The notes under the pieces were generated by a model. That model ran no database searches. It saw nothing but the letters and a program-made list of their open reading frames with translations, and was not told the origin of the DNA. A stretch of 64,000 nt of DNA from Catajapyx aquilonaris (taxonomy: Eukaryota): positions 1 through 64,000 of the forward strand of contig KZ538475.1 of assembly GCA_000934665.2 (NCBI GenBank), written 5' to 3'. Both the position numbers and the translations under genes were made by a program. Each line of letters opens with the position of its first letter. Positions within the stretch are counted from its first letter, which is position 1. Positions 36,201 through 48,900 of the stretch are shown here, piece by piece.

Positions 36201-39200
36201 AGACGAAGGAAAAAAATGTAAACACGCCGCGGGCGGGCTGGTTCCGCCGTGAATGGAACCGGCCGTTGCATTTTTTTAAAAAGAAAGCAACCCCCCCCCC
36301 CCAACTGGTGCCTCCTCCGCCGCCAGGAGCCAGAGTCAGCGAAGGGGGTTTTCCCAAAGATCCGACCAGCCAAAGTGGCGCCGGACACGTGCCTTTCCTC
36401 ATACCCCACACACACGAGTCTGGAAACAAGCCCAAAAATCAGGTGGCAAGAATCCGGTCCTGCAACGTATATGCAACCTGAATCCTTGTTGGTCTGCAAA
36501 TCCCATCTCCCAAATTCGGCTCCAATACAGACGTCCCTAGAACACACCTCTCCTTCCGTCCTTTTCCCAGACATTCGTCTCTTCTGACAGAAGCGGATGG
36601 CGCGGATGGGGGAATACAGCTCCAGATGGTACGATCCGGATGTTTTCAGCAGATGAGGGTAGGGGAAATATCACAGCAGCGATCACTCCAGAAATGTATG
36701 AATCGCAGGTGCCAGCTCACCTGTTGGTTTACACATTTTACATTATTCCAGACCGGTCACCACGGCTACAGTTGCGGAAGTCTACAACTTTGTGCAGCAT
36801 CTGGACCGGCTCTTCTGCTGCTCTACCCTGGCTGCCCTTTTTCCCTATACACTCCACGTTGTTGATCCTGAGCGGCTGCCAAAATACCAAACATCGCTCC
36901 GCTCAGCCAGACAATAAACCGCGACAGCTCTTGCCAATCGGAGTCTAATTTAAGGAGGGCTTTGAATAATGATTCCGGGTTAGTCAGCAGCGTGCCATCG
37001 CCATCGGCTCATCAGCTCGTAATGAAACCCGCCCAGAGAGATGGTCTGTCATTCGCGCCCGCCCGGGAATTGCCTCCGCTATATACTGGAAAAGCTTCCG
37101 GGATGTGGGTGGGTAGGTGGGTGGGTGGGGGATGCTGCAGTTTGAGGGATCATCCTGGAGTCTATCTATCTCTATAGCCCAGGCTGCTGCTGCTGCACCC
37201 GATGCCCAGAGCTGCTCCATGCCAGAGCCCCGCCCAGAAATATATTGCGGCGGGAGTACCGACTGACGGGAGATTAACTGGGCAGCATTCCCTCGCTAGC
37301 TGGCGCTTCAAACTATACAAGCCCCCAGAGGGGGTGCACCAGGGCGATGAGAGGAATGCCCACAGATGCTGGATCCTTCAAATTCTCCATCACATGAACC
37401 AGGTGTAAGTGATGAGCTTCCTCCCACTCCCCCTGAATTACTTCGCCCCTCCACGAATATTCTAGTTGACCGCACTTCATTCATCACTGGCTGTGGGTTC
37501 TAGAATTCATCGCTGGGGAAATGGTTCATTAGGCAACAGAATGAGCCAATCACATATCGGTGTGTGTCGCATCATAGCCACCAAACCGAGGCCACAACAA
37601 TTACTGTGCCCTTGATTGTTCCCTTCTCCTGTGACAATAACAATTATTGCTATTGTCACAGGAGAAGAAAGCTGCCTCTATAGCAAAAAAAATATTACTT
37701 TCGGAGCAAAAATGTTAAGCAAATAGTGACGAATAAAACAACCATGTCTAAATTCGCGGTACAAGTTCCTCACACGTCAGTTGAATTTCCGAGTGAACTA
37801 GGTCTAATCCAATTAGTTATGTGTATAGTGAAATATGCTTGTCATAAAAAGCGGCTTTCATTCACAGGAAATGTACGTTTGCATGACAAACATTCGTATC
37901 CTGCCTTTTCCAGGCAGAGTTCAAGTTGCACATTAATCAGGCATCCATTGTGCGACCAGGCTCTTTTTAGTTTGCCTTTATAATCAAGCTGTTGTGTTAC
38001 AACCCAATCAAAAATTTTACAGCCTCTTTACTGAGTGGGGACCGTTCATAAATCCGGTGTACTCGTTTGCATAAACCCGGATTGTTATTCACACAAATAT
38101 TTCATTCCTACAAAAAAAAAATCTGCTAAATCTTTAGTTAAATCTGGCGTACAGTAATCAACGAATTGTTTCATGTCCCACACCCTGAGGTAGACCCGGG
38201 CCTATTTTTGGCAACTAGGAAGCCGAGGATTAACACATATCAGCTTACCTCCAGATACCAAAAGTTAATTAATTAGCGCTGGCAATCTAAAAAGTGAGTC
38301 TGGGAGTTCAAACGAGATCCCGGCAGGTGACAAATGTGAAGAGGCGCCGGAGAGACTTTTTGGCAACCTCTTTTGCGCCCCCCCCCCCTCCCCCCAACCT
38401 CCCAACCCTTTGCAATCCTTATCCTCTTTTTTGATGGCACTAGTTGCAGCACGTGGTAAGAAAAAAAGAGAGGCAAAGATCGGCTGTGAGCCAACCGATC
38501 GACGATGGATGAGTGATGGAAGACTCAAGATCGTCAACCGCCTCGTCGCCCGATTTAGCGCCATTAAGAATAGAACTTTGTGGATGCTGAGATGATGCTG
38601 GACCTGGACATATAAAGCTTGCTCCCAAAAACACAAGCCGCTGGAACCTTCCTGCAGCATCCCTCCCCTTCAAGTTTTTACCCGGAGAGCAATAATCCGC
38701 CATCGATCCCACGTCAGCGGTTGCCGTCACAGTTCCGCCGCTAAACGAATTCCCTGTCACCCAAGATAAATCACTTGCAAAATAAACAGATGATAGCGAT
38801 GGGGGTGGGAGGGGCGGATTCTACTGCAGGAGAGAATTCGACTCGGCTTGGGGGAGAAACGGAGACGAAATGACTGCCAGTAAATTCCAGAAATCGAAAT
38901 CAGTTCGGTTCAAATCAATCATGTTTTTTTCCCCCAGAGAAACAGCTAAATTGTAATCTGCTGATCATACGAGACCACAACACTCGTACAGGGTGTCGAA
39001 GCCCTTTGCGTTGGTGACATCTGTGAGGCGTTGGAGTGACCGCTCCAGTATACTGTCCGTCTTGTGGCTCTGCCAGGCACAGTACGTCGCATTGCGTGAT
39101 TTTAGTTGATTGCCAGCGTCAACGAGCTTATTGTGAGTTGTGTGTCCGCAACTATCTGCTTTTACGTGCTGGTACAATGTATGAAATCTTTGAACTGCTG

Positions 39201-42200
39201 CACTGCAATAAACCGAAACACTTAGATGTGAGCATGGCCCAAGTGCCATGTTAGAAAGCCAGTCGGGGGTTAGTAAACGAGCTGTCAGGCGGACACCGAC
39301 CGCACAAGCTGTGCGTATTTGATTTATAATGCGGCATCTGTTGGTGTAGCATCACATTCTGTGGGACATAAAATGTACAAAACATGTCAAACTAGTTGCT
39401 GCTAAATTGTGATGCGCATATTATAGCCCTGGCACTGGCTCGTCTTTGTCGGTCGTTCGCACTACAACAGAGTGACAGTAAAAATAATAATTGGCTGTGT
39501 TGTATTAAGCAATGATTTATTTTAAATGCGTCGACTATTATGCACTAAAATGTTCAGGCCACGTTTATCATACTTCATACAGAAAATTAAAGTTGAATAC
39601 GCAAACAGGCTGTGTACTTGTTAAGACTACCATCAGTGCTATTTACTAAAAATGCGATTAAAAATATTACGCGCCATTTTACTGTGAGAATATTCTTATC
39701 GAGTATGCATCGCGTATCCTGCAGCCAATAGTCACAAGGGAGTAAACGTCGATAATAAAATCACATGCAGCAGAGTAGACCAGCCTTAGCTCGATTGTTC
39801 TATTATTTCTGTATTATGGTGCTACAACCTTCGTACACTGCCATAATTTATCACTGTCTTGTATGACAATGCCGAGGTCTCCCCAACTTTCAAAATTCTG
39901 AGAGTATTCAGTGTAGAAAACTATATACAATGGCGTATTCTAATCTACTCTGCATAACAAAAAAAAATATTTCTGTACCGCAGGAAAATCGTAACCCACT
40001 TCCAAAGGGGAGAGAAGTCTGCTGAAGAATTCGGTTTAATCTGAGGTACTATTGGGTAAAGTGGCCAAAAGTATTTGAACCCGATAGTACATGCAACAAC
40101 TCTTCGGAAACAACCACAAAAGCTTTCATAGATTATATTAAAACTAAAATCATGACAACGAAAAACTTATTCCAAATCCAATGCTATGTATATCCTTCAT
40201 TTAATGGTCAGACTAACAGAAGTTCTCTGATTGATTCAGGTGTTTCGGTCGTCACAGAACCCGTAATTGCATCCGTTTCCTGAATTGCTGTGAAAGAATT
40301 CACCCAAAAAAACTAAAAGGAAACACCACACCATATTATGAAAGGGGTAGTCAGCTATAAAGCAGGAGACGCTAGACCAAGTGACTTAAATGATCATCGC
40401 ATCTCAACATCACATCCACGTTTTATTTACGTTCTGCCCATTTGAAGACACATAATAATTATGCAGGGTGAACGAAAAAGAATGCGCAGATTTTAAAACC
40501 ATACAACTCGAAAACTTGTAGGCATATTTTAATCGCTTAAGTTATGAAATGCTAAGAAGTGTCTAAAGTTTTGGTTTTACCATAGTTTGTTTCTATGTGG
40601 GCTCCATTTGTCGCTCAACAAATGTAAATACGGTAATTGTTGTCGTGCCTAACCCGCTCAGGCATGTCTGGCGTTACCATTGAAATCTTACCCCGTGTGT
40701 GCTGGATATGGCGAATCTTTTCACCATACATGTATCGCCACAAAAAAAAAAGAAATCAATCGGGGTACGATCTGGGCTTGGGGTGGGGGGGGGGGGGGAC
40801 TAGGCATGGGAAAACTTCNNNNGGGGGGGGGGACTAGGCATTGGCAAACTTCTCATTCAAGACTTCTCACACTGGGATGCTAACGCAGGGTTGTTTCGTG
40901 GATTAGGCGACTTTTTATTCGAATCATCAAGAACAATGGTATGGTGTAAAGACCCGTCATATCCAGCATCTACCGGGATAGGATTTCAATGGTAACCCCA
41001 GATATCCCTTGGGCGGGTTGGACACGAGACCGAATACAGTCTTTTTTATCTGCTGAGCGACAAATGAAAGTCATATCGAAACAAACTAAGGTGAGGCTAA
41101 AACTCTAGGCATTTCTTAGCATTTCACAACTTAAATCATTTTTATATCTCTGCAAGTTTTCGAGTTATATAGTTTTTAAATCAGCACATTATTTTTCGAT
41201 CTCCCTGTATTGTTTTGCACACATTTATGCATGGGGACTAGTATAGGCTACTCGTATCGTATCTCATCTAAACATGCAATATATCGGTCATCAGTATCGT
41301 GTATTATTTCCAACCGACCTCTTTCTCCAGAAAACTTCTCCGGTGAATGTGGAAATACATTTCTCTGATATACGTTATTCGTCATTCTTGCACTTGGCAA
41401 CACTTCCATATTTAGTTATTGTCTTATTCCATAGATCTTAAAAACTAAGTCGCACTACGGCTCTCAATCTCAGGTTCCTCCAAAACTAGCCTAGAAATGA
41501 TTACTTTGAAATCAACTTCTTGAAAACAACGTTAAAATCCGATACCACAAAAACTGCTCATTACATACGGAGAGCATCCAGCATGACCGCGGAGAAGATG
41601 GCTTCTTGACACAAGTGAGATGAAATGCAGTGCTGCAGTTACCCGTCACAGCCTATACATTTACGACATTTGGAGCATGTATGATAAGTTTTACGCACGC
41701 AACAAGCCTGTTTAAAATACTATTTTAAGCGATATCTATATTTTGTGGACTTGAAACATTTTCGCTATTTTATGAACGGAAGCTCATCTTGCAGAATGAT
41801 CACATCTACTTAAAACCGCACAGATAATTTCGATATTTGACCATTTCTGATTATGTACACAAAATAACTAATCAGTCAGAATAAATCACTGTCCCAAAGA
41901 AATTGCTAGAATTTAAATTTAAATTTTAGCGGGTGTATAAACTTGTAAAAAATAAAACAGCCATAAAATCGGCTTCATCACAACACAAGGGAATATTAAT
42001 AAACAACTCCAGATTGTTTAGGCCATATTAACAAGAGCAAGAGGACTAGAATCAAGAGCCTCATTATCTCCAGCTCTTTTTACGATTAAACTTCACGAAT
42101 CATGTTTTACGAGCCTGTCCTGGACGAATAATAGTGCACTGCACTGTATTCTATATTCATCCTTAAAAATTTTAACAGCTTCAAGACGCCTTTTCTCACG

Positions 42201-45200
42201 ACTCACGAGAAGGAAGCAATCCGTAATGGGTGAGATATGACGAAAGTGTCGTAATTAACAGCTGTTTCCTAGTAATTACGTCTTGAGACGGGGGAAGGCG
42301 TTGCATCAAAATTGGGCAGGGCTCAAGAGGGCGGAAAACTAATCTCCTCGAGTTCCTGGAAAATTCATTTACCAGCCGTTCATGATATTACGACTCGTCC
42401 TAAATTACGACCCAGGGAGTGATGGGGTGCGAAGGAAAGAAGCAGCTCCGATTGCTCTGAAATCCAACTACTCTTCTTTTAGTATCTGGAGGATTTGGAC
42501 CATCTGCAAACCACATGGAGAGGGATCAACCGGCAACATGTGCAGCTTCAGATGGGAAACTGTTTTGGTCTTCTCCCCGAAGGACACACTTTCCCTCCAC
42601 GAAGAATCTGCAGGATTCCTAATAATAGCAATCAGACTCGGCCAACATGCGCCTGTCGTCACTTAGCTCCGTTATCGTAACTAGCCTGTCACTTGTGTTT
42701 ACAAACACTAGGACCTAGACATATTGACTTCTTTTGCGGCTTGTTGTCAAATCCGGTACCCCGTTACAAGGTTTTCCGGACATATTTCCACTCTCAAGCC
42801 GACGGCGGTCCTGCCTCAAGAAGTTGGCACAATCCTTTTCCACTCGAGTGTTTACCGAAATGAGCAACTGTTTCCAGGCCAGATCTCCAGTAGAGATGAA
42901 AAGGCACCAGGCGGGGACACCAGAAACCAGCCATAAACATGGGATTAAGACCACGGACATTTTCTCCGCCGGAGGACCCTAAACTTATGGTTCGCATTGG
43001 AGAGTCTATTTCGGCCTCCGAGCATCTGGGACAGCAATTTTTATGTCTCCTCGTTTGCAAAACTCTCTTCCTCCCAATTACTCCTGGGGTCCAGAGGAAG
43101 GTATTATGAGCAAAGAGACGCCATCGGGCAATAGCAAAACTAACTTATCCTTCCTTGCCACGTTCGCTTCCAAAGATTGATGGCCGACTTGACTTTCCAG
43201 ACGTGGGGGAAGACGGAGTAAAAAAGGAACTCGCGGAGGGAAAAGAGCAGGAATATGAAAAATGAAGACGCCTAATTATTAAAAGAAAAGAGCTGTTGGG
43301 ATTTGTTTAATTAATCACGGGTTTGCTCCGCCCCGCCATTGTTCACAAGGGGACGATCGGCGCGTTGAACCTGGAGCTCTACACCATCCTAGAGCTGGAG
43401 GCTGATTCGAATGGTTGGAAAGATAGGAAAAAAATCGTGTGCATAGAAGGAAACTACGCAACAATATCCCGGAAGTGTGACGAGACTGATTACCTCGATG
43501 TTTTATTATAAGGAGACACCGTTTGAAGTGCAGACTCTTTACGGTGTGAAAACCCTGGCAGTTTTCATTCTTTTGCATGCAAGACGAAAGCCCGTGGCTG
43601 GCTGCAGGTGTGGATGTATGAGTTACATTCCTTCCGCGTGTCGCGTGACCGCAAAGAATGCTGTCAGATGGAGGGGTTTGTCTGCTGGGAGCGGGCCAGC
43701 CAGCCAGCCACGGGCGGGGCGCCACATGAAAAGGAGGGGGTCCCAAAAGCCGTCCTGTCCCATTGTCACGCTCGTGTCAAAAGTCATTCTTGTTTCGTCA
43801 CACTGGGCGAAATATGCCTAAACGCACCCGACCGAATGTGTGTGCTTGTGCGCCGCTATTCGTGTCGCTTTGGCGCGGGCGCGCTATTAATTAGACGGGA
43901 GTCGCCTTTCTGACAGGAGTTTGTAGTACACTGCCTAAGTTGACACCTACTACAATGGAGTGGGGTTAAAACGTGATGGATTGGTCGCGCCAGTCGCGCA
44001 AGCGCATTCTAATCTCGCCTGGACATCGGGATCTACCTGTGGGATTGCGCAGGCGCGGAAATGGCGGATTGGTTACGCCAGTCGCGCATGCACTATCCCA
44101 CAGGTAGATACCAATGTGTAAAAGGGATTAGAATGCGCATGCGCGATTGGCGCAACTAATCCATCATTTCAAAAAATTCGGCACTGAAAGTACCACACTT
44201 TACATTCCTCCAGAGGTTACCAAGATCAGCCGAGTACGTTTGAAGTGAGAGAACTGTGAGAGAATCTGCAATGTTAATACTTATTATGTCAGGAGTGAGG
44301 TAGTGTGTTTCACAATATCTACAACCTACCAGCAGTGATCTCCCTTTATTATTACCAGTGTTTGTTAATGTATGGAGTGTGAAGCCCCCTCACTGTGTAG
44401 ATACAGTGAGGTAAAATAAATTGAATTGAATTGAATATCTACAACCTATGCAGTGTAAAAAAGTTGAACCAACAGTCGCGATAGCAAAGAAACAGATTAT
44501 CACGAGGTTATGCGTCAAACCGTGTTCAGTAATAAAATGCGCATATTATTTTTTTTCAATATTAGCTCGTGTCACGGGCATGCTATGTGTATGGCTCATA
44601 TTGAAAGGGTATAAGGGCACGGCTATCACTGAATGCCATTTGTTATAGGCCTGTCACACATTCAGAGTAAGCATATTGGGCGCCCTTTCTGTGATACCGA
44701 GCGTTATTACACCGTTTTACGAGTTTGTAATGAGCCATCAGTCGCCCTAGGAATTTAATAATACCGGGGTATCAACTGGCATTCTATCATTTATGAGCGC
44801 TATGTTCTACGGAGACAATCAGTAAATTACGTTTGGAAACTGATTGTTTCTATAACACATTCGCAATTTCAAAAGCGGACGTATATGCCGATATTACATT
44901 TACTATACTCTTTGCAAATACCAGGGTGTTCCAAGTTCGTGGGTCGTTTTTAATCACTAATATCGCCCGAAGTAATTATTTTTTGTGTAACTTGTTGTGC
45001 CCAGATCCAGGTGACTCTGTATTATCAGGTGGTCGAATGTAGCAGTGGCTATGGAATAGGACAGCTGATTATGGGCACAACATGCTACAGCAAATAATAG
45101 CTTTGAGCGAAATTTCCTACAACAATAACTATTATAAAAGGCCCCACGAAATTGGAACACCCTGTACACAAAATGTGGCAGGCTTTGAATATAACACAGC

Positions 45201-45934
45201 TAATACTGTACAAATATTGAAAATCGCAAATGAGACAATAATCGACATGTAATTTTCGAACATGTCGATTTCATGTTAAATACACATTGACAATATGTTG
45301 AAAAAGACGGGTGACATAATCATATTCAATAATGCAGTATAATATGTTTGGGATTATTTACCTGCTTGAATTGCTCTTCGAAGCTCCATGTCTGCTGCGA
45401 TGCGGAGTTTGGCGAAGAGCAGGCGGACTCGGAGGCTGGTGGTGGTTGGGGCGGTGACCCCGTGGTGGAGGACAGGTAGGGCGGGGGCGGGGGCGGAGGG
45501 TGCGGCTGGGGCTGTGAAGGGTGCTGCGAGTGGTGATGCGGGTTGTGGTGCTGCTGCTGGTGCGGCGGGGGCGGGTGGTGCGGGAGGGCCGACAGGGAGA
45601 GCGGCAGGGGCAGTCCAGCCCCGGTCACAGCCGGGGGCGGGGGCGGGGGCGAACGGAGGCCAGGGGCGCCCAACAGGTCCCCCCGGTGCCTCTGCAGGGT
45701 CTCGCGGTGCTCCCTCAGCTCCCTCTCCACCTCTTCGCGCTCCTGCAAAATTCGGTGCTGCTGTCCAGGCCGCCATTGTAGCTCCGTCAACTGGGAACTC
45801 ACCTGGGAGACTTGCTGCTTGAACTTGGCCAGCACGTCCACTCCTCCGACGGCAGCCTCCGCCGCCAGTCTGGCCAGAGTCTCTCCTTCCTCCTCGGCCA
45901 GCTCAGCCTCGCTGGCCTCTTCCTCCGCTTCCGA
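9105..45934 (-). CDS. dri/retn (ARID3): dead ringer/retained (ARID3 family) transcription factor; spliced CDS, 5'-incomplete: join(complement) 45362-45934, 24864-24936, 17414-17597, 16587-16813, 10156-10497, 9105-9211
   Basis: The joined translation contains WSFEEQFKQ-LYELSDDTKRKEFLDDLFCFMQKR-GTPINRLPIMAKQVLDLYELYNLVIARGGLVDVINKKLWQEIIKGLHLPSSITSAAFTLRTQ-YMKYLYPYECDKKQLSTPAELQAAIDGNRREGRR, nearly identical to the Drosophila Dri extended ARID as I recall it. All introns are GT..AG with matching phases (0,1,2,1,1). Total 1506 nt including the stop. Confidence 0.95.
10156..10497 (-). CDS. dri/retn (ARID3): dri exon SVSPPSS...HIKITSR(G), with ALWNLY, EALNL, IKDE and PPPSKR motifs
   Basis: 342 nt, phase 1-1, donor GAG|gtgcgt. 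The motifs parallel Dri ALWHMY, EALNL, IKRE and PPPAKR. The acceptor is an AAG after a pyrimidine tract. Confidence 0.88.
16587..16813 (-). CDS. dri/retn (ARID3): dri exon YMKYLYPYEC...GAHAMP(G), end of the extended ARID
   Basis: Acceptor acattgcag|A and donor CAG|gtaagc; 227 nt. SPLSLVT resembles Dri SPLALVT. Confidence 0.96.
17414..17597 (-). CDS. dri/retn (ARID3): dri exon GTPINRLP...FTLRTQ, ARID core
   Basis: Acceptor ttttctttcctcag|GG and donor CA|gtaagc; 184 nt; lies within ORF 17410-17622. Confidence 0.97.
21194..21326. mobile_element. Tc1-like MITE, 133 bp
   Basis: TA-CAGTGCTGGACAT...ATGTCCAGCACTG-TA; the imperfect inverted repeat extends about 37 bp; TA TSD. Confidence 0.85.
23957..24064. 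mobile_element. PIF/Harbinger (Tourist-like) MITE, 108 bp, near-complete hairpin
   Basis: Perfect 29-bp TIR GGGTGGAATTTTCGTCCCACTGCTAGTTA with a TAA TSD on both sides. Confidence 0.85.
24864..24936 (-). CDS. dri/retn (ARID3): dri exon LYELSDDTKRKEFLDDLFCFMQKR(G), start of the ARID
   Basis: Acceptor tctctattttttcag|CTC and donor GAG|gttcgt; 73 nt. Too short for the ORF track, but it matches the ARID3 consensus. Confidence 0.95.
32367..32449. other. assembly gap (N run) inside a poly-G tract
   Basis: Ns flanked by G runs. Ns also sit in G runs near 4602, 5001, 23421 and 40819. Confidence 0.95.
37623..37667. repeat. 45-bp near-perfect palindrome
   Basis: cttctcctgtgacaataacaat-t-attgctattgtcacaggagaag, one mismatch. 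Confidence 0.85.
40464..41207. mobile_element. old foldback-type Tc1/mariner MITE with diverged inverted arms of about 270 bp
   Basis: Termini CAGGGTG.../...CCCTG-TA. Matching inverted blocks include aactcgaaaacttg/caagttttcgagtt, gaaatgctaagaa/ttcttagcatttc, catttgtcgctca/tgagcgacaaatg and gttaccattgaaatc/gatttcaatggtaac. Confidence 0.8.
43974..44166. repeat. 193-bp GC-rich imperfect palindrome (MITE-like)
   Basis: 41-bp terminal arms with about 4 mismatches, plus a perfect 15-bp inner pair atctacctgtgggat/atcccacaggtagat. Confidence 0.8.
44329..44433 (+). mobile_element. 5'-truncated LINE/SINE 3' end, 105 bp
   Basis: 15-bp TSD AATATCTACAACCTA (44314-44328 and 44434-44448); stem-loop cctcactgt/acagtgagg; AATAAA and a (TTGAA)n tail. 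Confidence 0.82.
44922..45164. mobile_element. Tc1/mariner-type MITE, about 243 bp
   Basis: TIRs CAGGGTGTTCCAAGTTCGTGGG / CCCACGAAATTGGAACACCCTG-TA. Confidence 0.8.
45362..45934 (-). CDS. dri/retn (ARID3): dri exon: acidic N-terminal region, DVLAKFKQQV motif, Pro/His/Gln-rich stretch, ending WSFEEQFKQ
   Basis: Acceptor tctctattcaacag|TCG and donor CAG|gtaaat; 573 nt, phase 0-0. DVLAKFKQQV resembles Drosophila Dri DVLEKLKMQV. May contain an internal 60-nt intron (45743-45802). Confidence 0.88.
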
Positions 45935-48900
45935 CTGTTGAATAGAGACAACGCCCCAGTTGAAAAACACATGTCAACGCACATTTTTTTTTCTGGCGTG
46001 TACCTGCCGTGAATATGGGGAGAAAAGACCGGGAGTGGTTTTTCACCTGGCGAGTCCAGGCCCACCTGCGGCCTTTGAGGGGACTGCCTGAGCCGCACTG
46101 CGCCAACCGCAGCCTAACTAAACCGACCTGCCCGCAGTCAGCAGGCGGTGGCAGCAGGCTCATTCTCCGCACGCTCTCTCAAAGAGGACCAAACACTACT
46201 GCACATGGGACCCCCCCCCCCCCTTAAAAAAAAGGCTGGCACCATGCCACCCATTACTCAGGCTTCAAGTGTCCGGCTTATAAAACTATCAGCCAAGAGG
46301 GCCTGTTTGTGTCGCATCAATCGGGTGTATTTAAGCGCAAGAGAAATTGAGTAGTCAGAAAACAGAGCTTCAAAGGATGCGCATGACTGTATCAGCATGG
46401 CTGTCGGTGACGTCATTGACGTATGTACTGGCAGCATACGTTTGCAATGAAACTATCCAAAAGCAATGAGGAAAGAACAGCTCCCATGGGCTTATCACAA
46501 TGGCGACCAATTTTTCTGGTGATCATTTTGCAATATTGAGGCAATCAATAATTTTATGTAACATAAATTAGCAATTACATAACTTTACTCGCAATAGTTT
46601 TACATCAATGTCTGCAAACCCGGAGAAAGTTTGCGTGTAGTCAGCTGACATGCGTTGCACATTACATAACTTCTTGTTTGCTACCAAATCTGAGTAGCAT
46701 ATCTAAGATAAAACAACAAAGACGGCAGTTTAGTCTGACAGAGCTGCAGTATTTCTTTCCGACCATTAGCATGTGAGTTAAGGCGTTTCAGGCATCTTTT
46801 TACGGACATGTTTGAGCTGTTCCAACAAAATAGCACCAGAAACCATAATGATGGCCGCAATACCATTTTCTCGCCGTTCCCGCGAAACCTTTCCATAATG
46901 GATATACTGGGTAGCGGAAACTTATCCATGACAATATTTTCGTTTGGTCCCTTCGGAGGATTTTCAGTACGCATGTACAGTATTTTATTCGTACATAATA
47001 ATAGTTAAAGCCTGTTCACTAAGAAAACATTTCAAGGATAACAGCTGCTCCGTTTCGGAGACATATTTCACTGTACATACAGTATTTTGGGGTGAATTAT
47101 AACGGAAAATTTACGCTACAATAATTACAACAATAGCTCAAAAGCATCTTTATAATGGCAATGAAATATCATGTGAGAGATAAAATCTGCAAATAAGTTA
47201 CGGTACTTCAATAAGTAGGCTACTCCAGTATTTTGCTATCATCATTGAAGAATATTTGCTGATTGCTCCAAATTGAAAATTAGCTTCTGTTCGTAAGCTC
47301 AGTCCTTCCTTCCTGTTAAAAATACTAAATGAAGTCTATGGTGACGCAGGCGCTCATACAAAACCGTCCACTTCTCTCCACAACGCTATAGCCCCTATAG
47401 TATTGCAAAACCGACATCGTCAGATAGGCCTATACATATTACATGTACAGTATTGCCATGACTGATAGTCAACATTTAAAAAGATGGCTGGCAAACTGTT
47501 ACAAGCCCCTGCCTGAGGAGACTGACGCCGCCACGTGTTCAAGCCAGCCTTTCCAGATGTATTTTGCATGTCAGTGGGAATATCCTTTACGACTGACCGT
47601 CCCGCAATGCAAGGGAGATCAGCTGGTTGCTGTGCGAGCCAGGATAAGTATGTCTAAAGCGTCCTAAGCTCCTAACACAACTCCGAAACTGCAAACATCC
47701 AACATACGTACAGTACACCTGAAGTGCCAAGCAATAATGACATGTTCACCTCCTGTTAATTCACCTCATACACGAATCAATTGTCAGGCAATATCTTACG
47801 TCACAATGAGGGTGGTTCAGAACGTACCTCCAAAGATTGGCCTAATAATTTCATCTCATTTCATAACTATGTACTGTATAAGCCACAGTGTGACAGTCTG
47901 AACACTGATCTTTTACTGTAGTTTACCCCACAAACTACTTCGTTATGTCACACTTGACGCGTCGCGTCGATGCAATGGCACACCGCATCGGGCCTCCAAA
48001 TCCTGACCCATGTTGACAACCCACCCGTGACACCCGGGCACTGACCTACACAACGGTGAACGCGACACGGACCTCCACCAAGCAACACACTTGAAAAGTC
48101 AAAACGGTACAAAAGGAATATCCTGCTGCATTTTGTCCCCTTCCCATGGGATCCAGCTGATGTGGGGTATCCGGAATGAGGTTTTATTTCCCCAGAGGCA
48201 TCTCGGGTTCCCCCTTTTCGATAGCAGGCTTGGTGTGGTGAGCGTCGTCGGCCTGGGGCGAGAGTCGAGCAGTCTCCATAAATACCCGGGCGGTCAGGGG
48301 ACAATCAGAGTTTGTGCGGCAGGGGGCAAGGAGACAATCCTAACTGCGTTTTATAATAGACAGGCAGCCGCGGGGGACGGCCCCAGGAATTCAAGCCATC
48401 ACGCTCCGAAACACTACTCTCGGAGATGGGCGCTCAGGGGGGCCCCACCTGAACAAAGAGAGGACAGAGGGCGTTGCCCACGGGCCACAGCCACTATCGC
48501 AGGCCCCGGGGCCCTGTCCCCTGCCCCTATCGGATTCGGATTATTGTTTTGTCCCCTCAGGGTCCCCACTCCAGGCGCTTTCTACAGCACAGGGTGGCGC
48601 ACATTCCCAGTTCAAGAGGGTGGGAGGAGGAGAAGTCACGGATTGTTCGTCCTAGCAACTGATGACATGCCTTCTGGCTAGGATCTTGTGCTAAAATAGT
48701 TTCCCTCAACCCACCGCTTTCCCCCTCATAACTATACCAATCTAAAATCTTGGGCTCCGCTCCACCTTGTACCTGCCCATCCCCACTGTCTCCGTGCCTA
48801 TCACGTCCTTGACCGCCTAGCACTCTCCTCTTGAAGAATCTGATAGCTATCCCATAATTCCGGTTCCAGAGTCAACTGGGTCGAAAACCTAAATGTCATG

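Noticed and set aside
40785..40852. Direct repeat ggggactaggcat.g.aaacttc around Ns
   Set aside because: Most likely a false duplication at an assembly join in a poly-G tract.
44296..44335. let-7-like sequence (TGAGGTAGT ... tacaacctac)
   Set aside because: The match stops after 9 nt and there is no proper precursor hairpin. The second part is the TSD of the adjacent retroelement.
45354..45941. Overlapping Ala/Gly/Pro-rich ORFs in other frames and on the other strand
   Set aside because: Shadows of the GC-rich dri exon.
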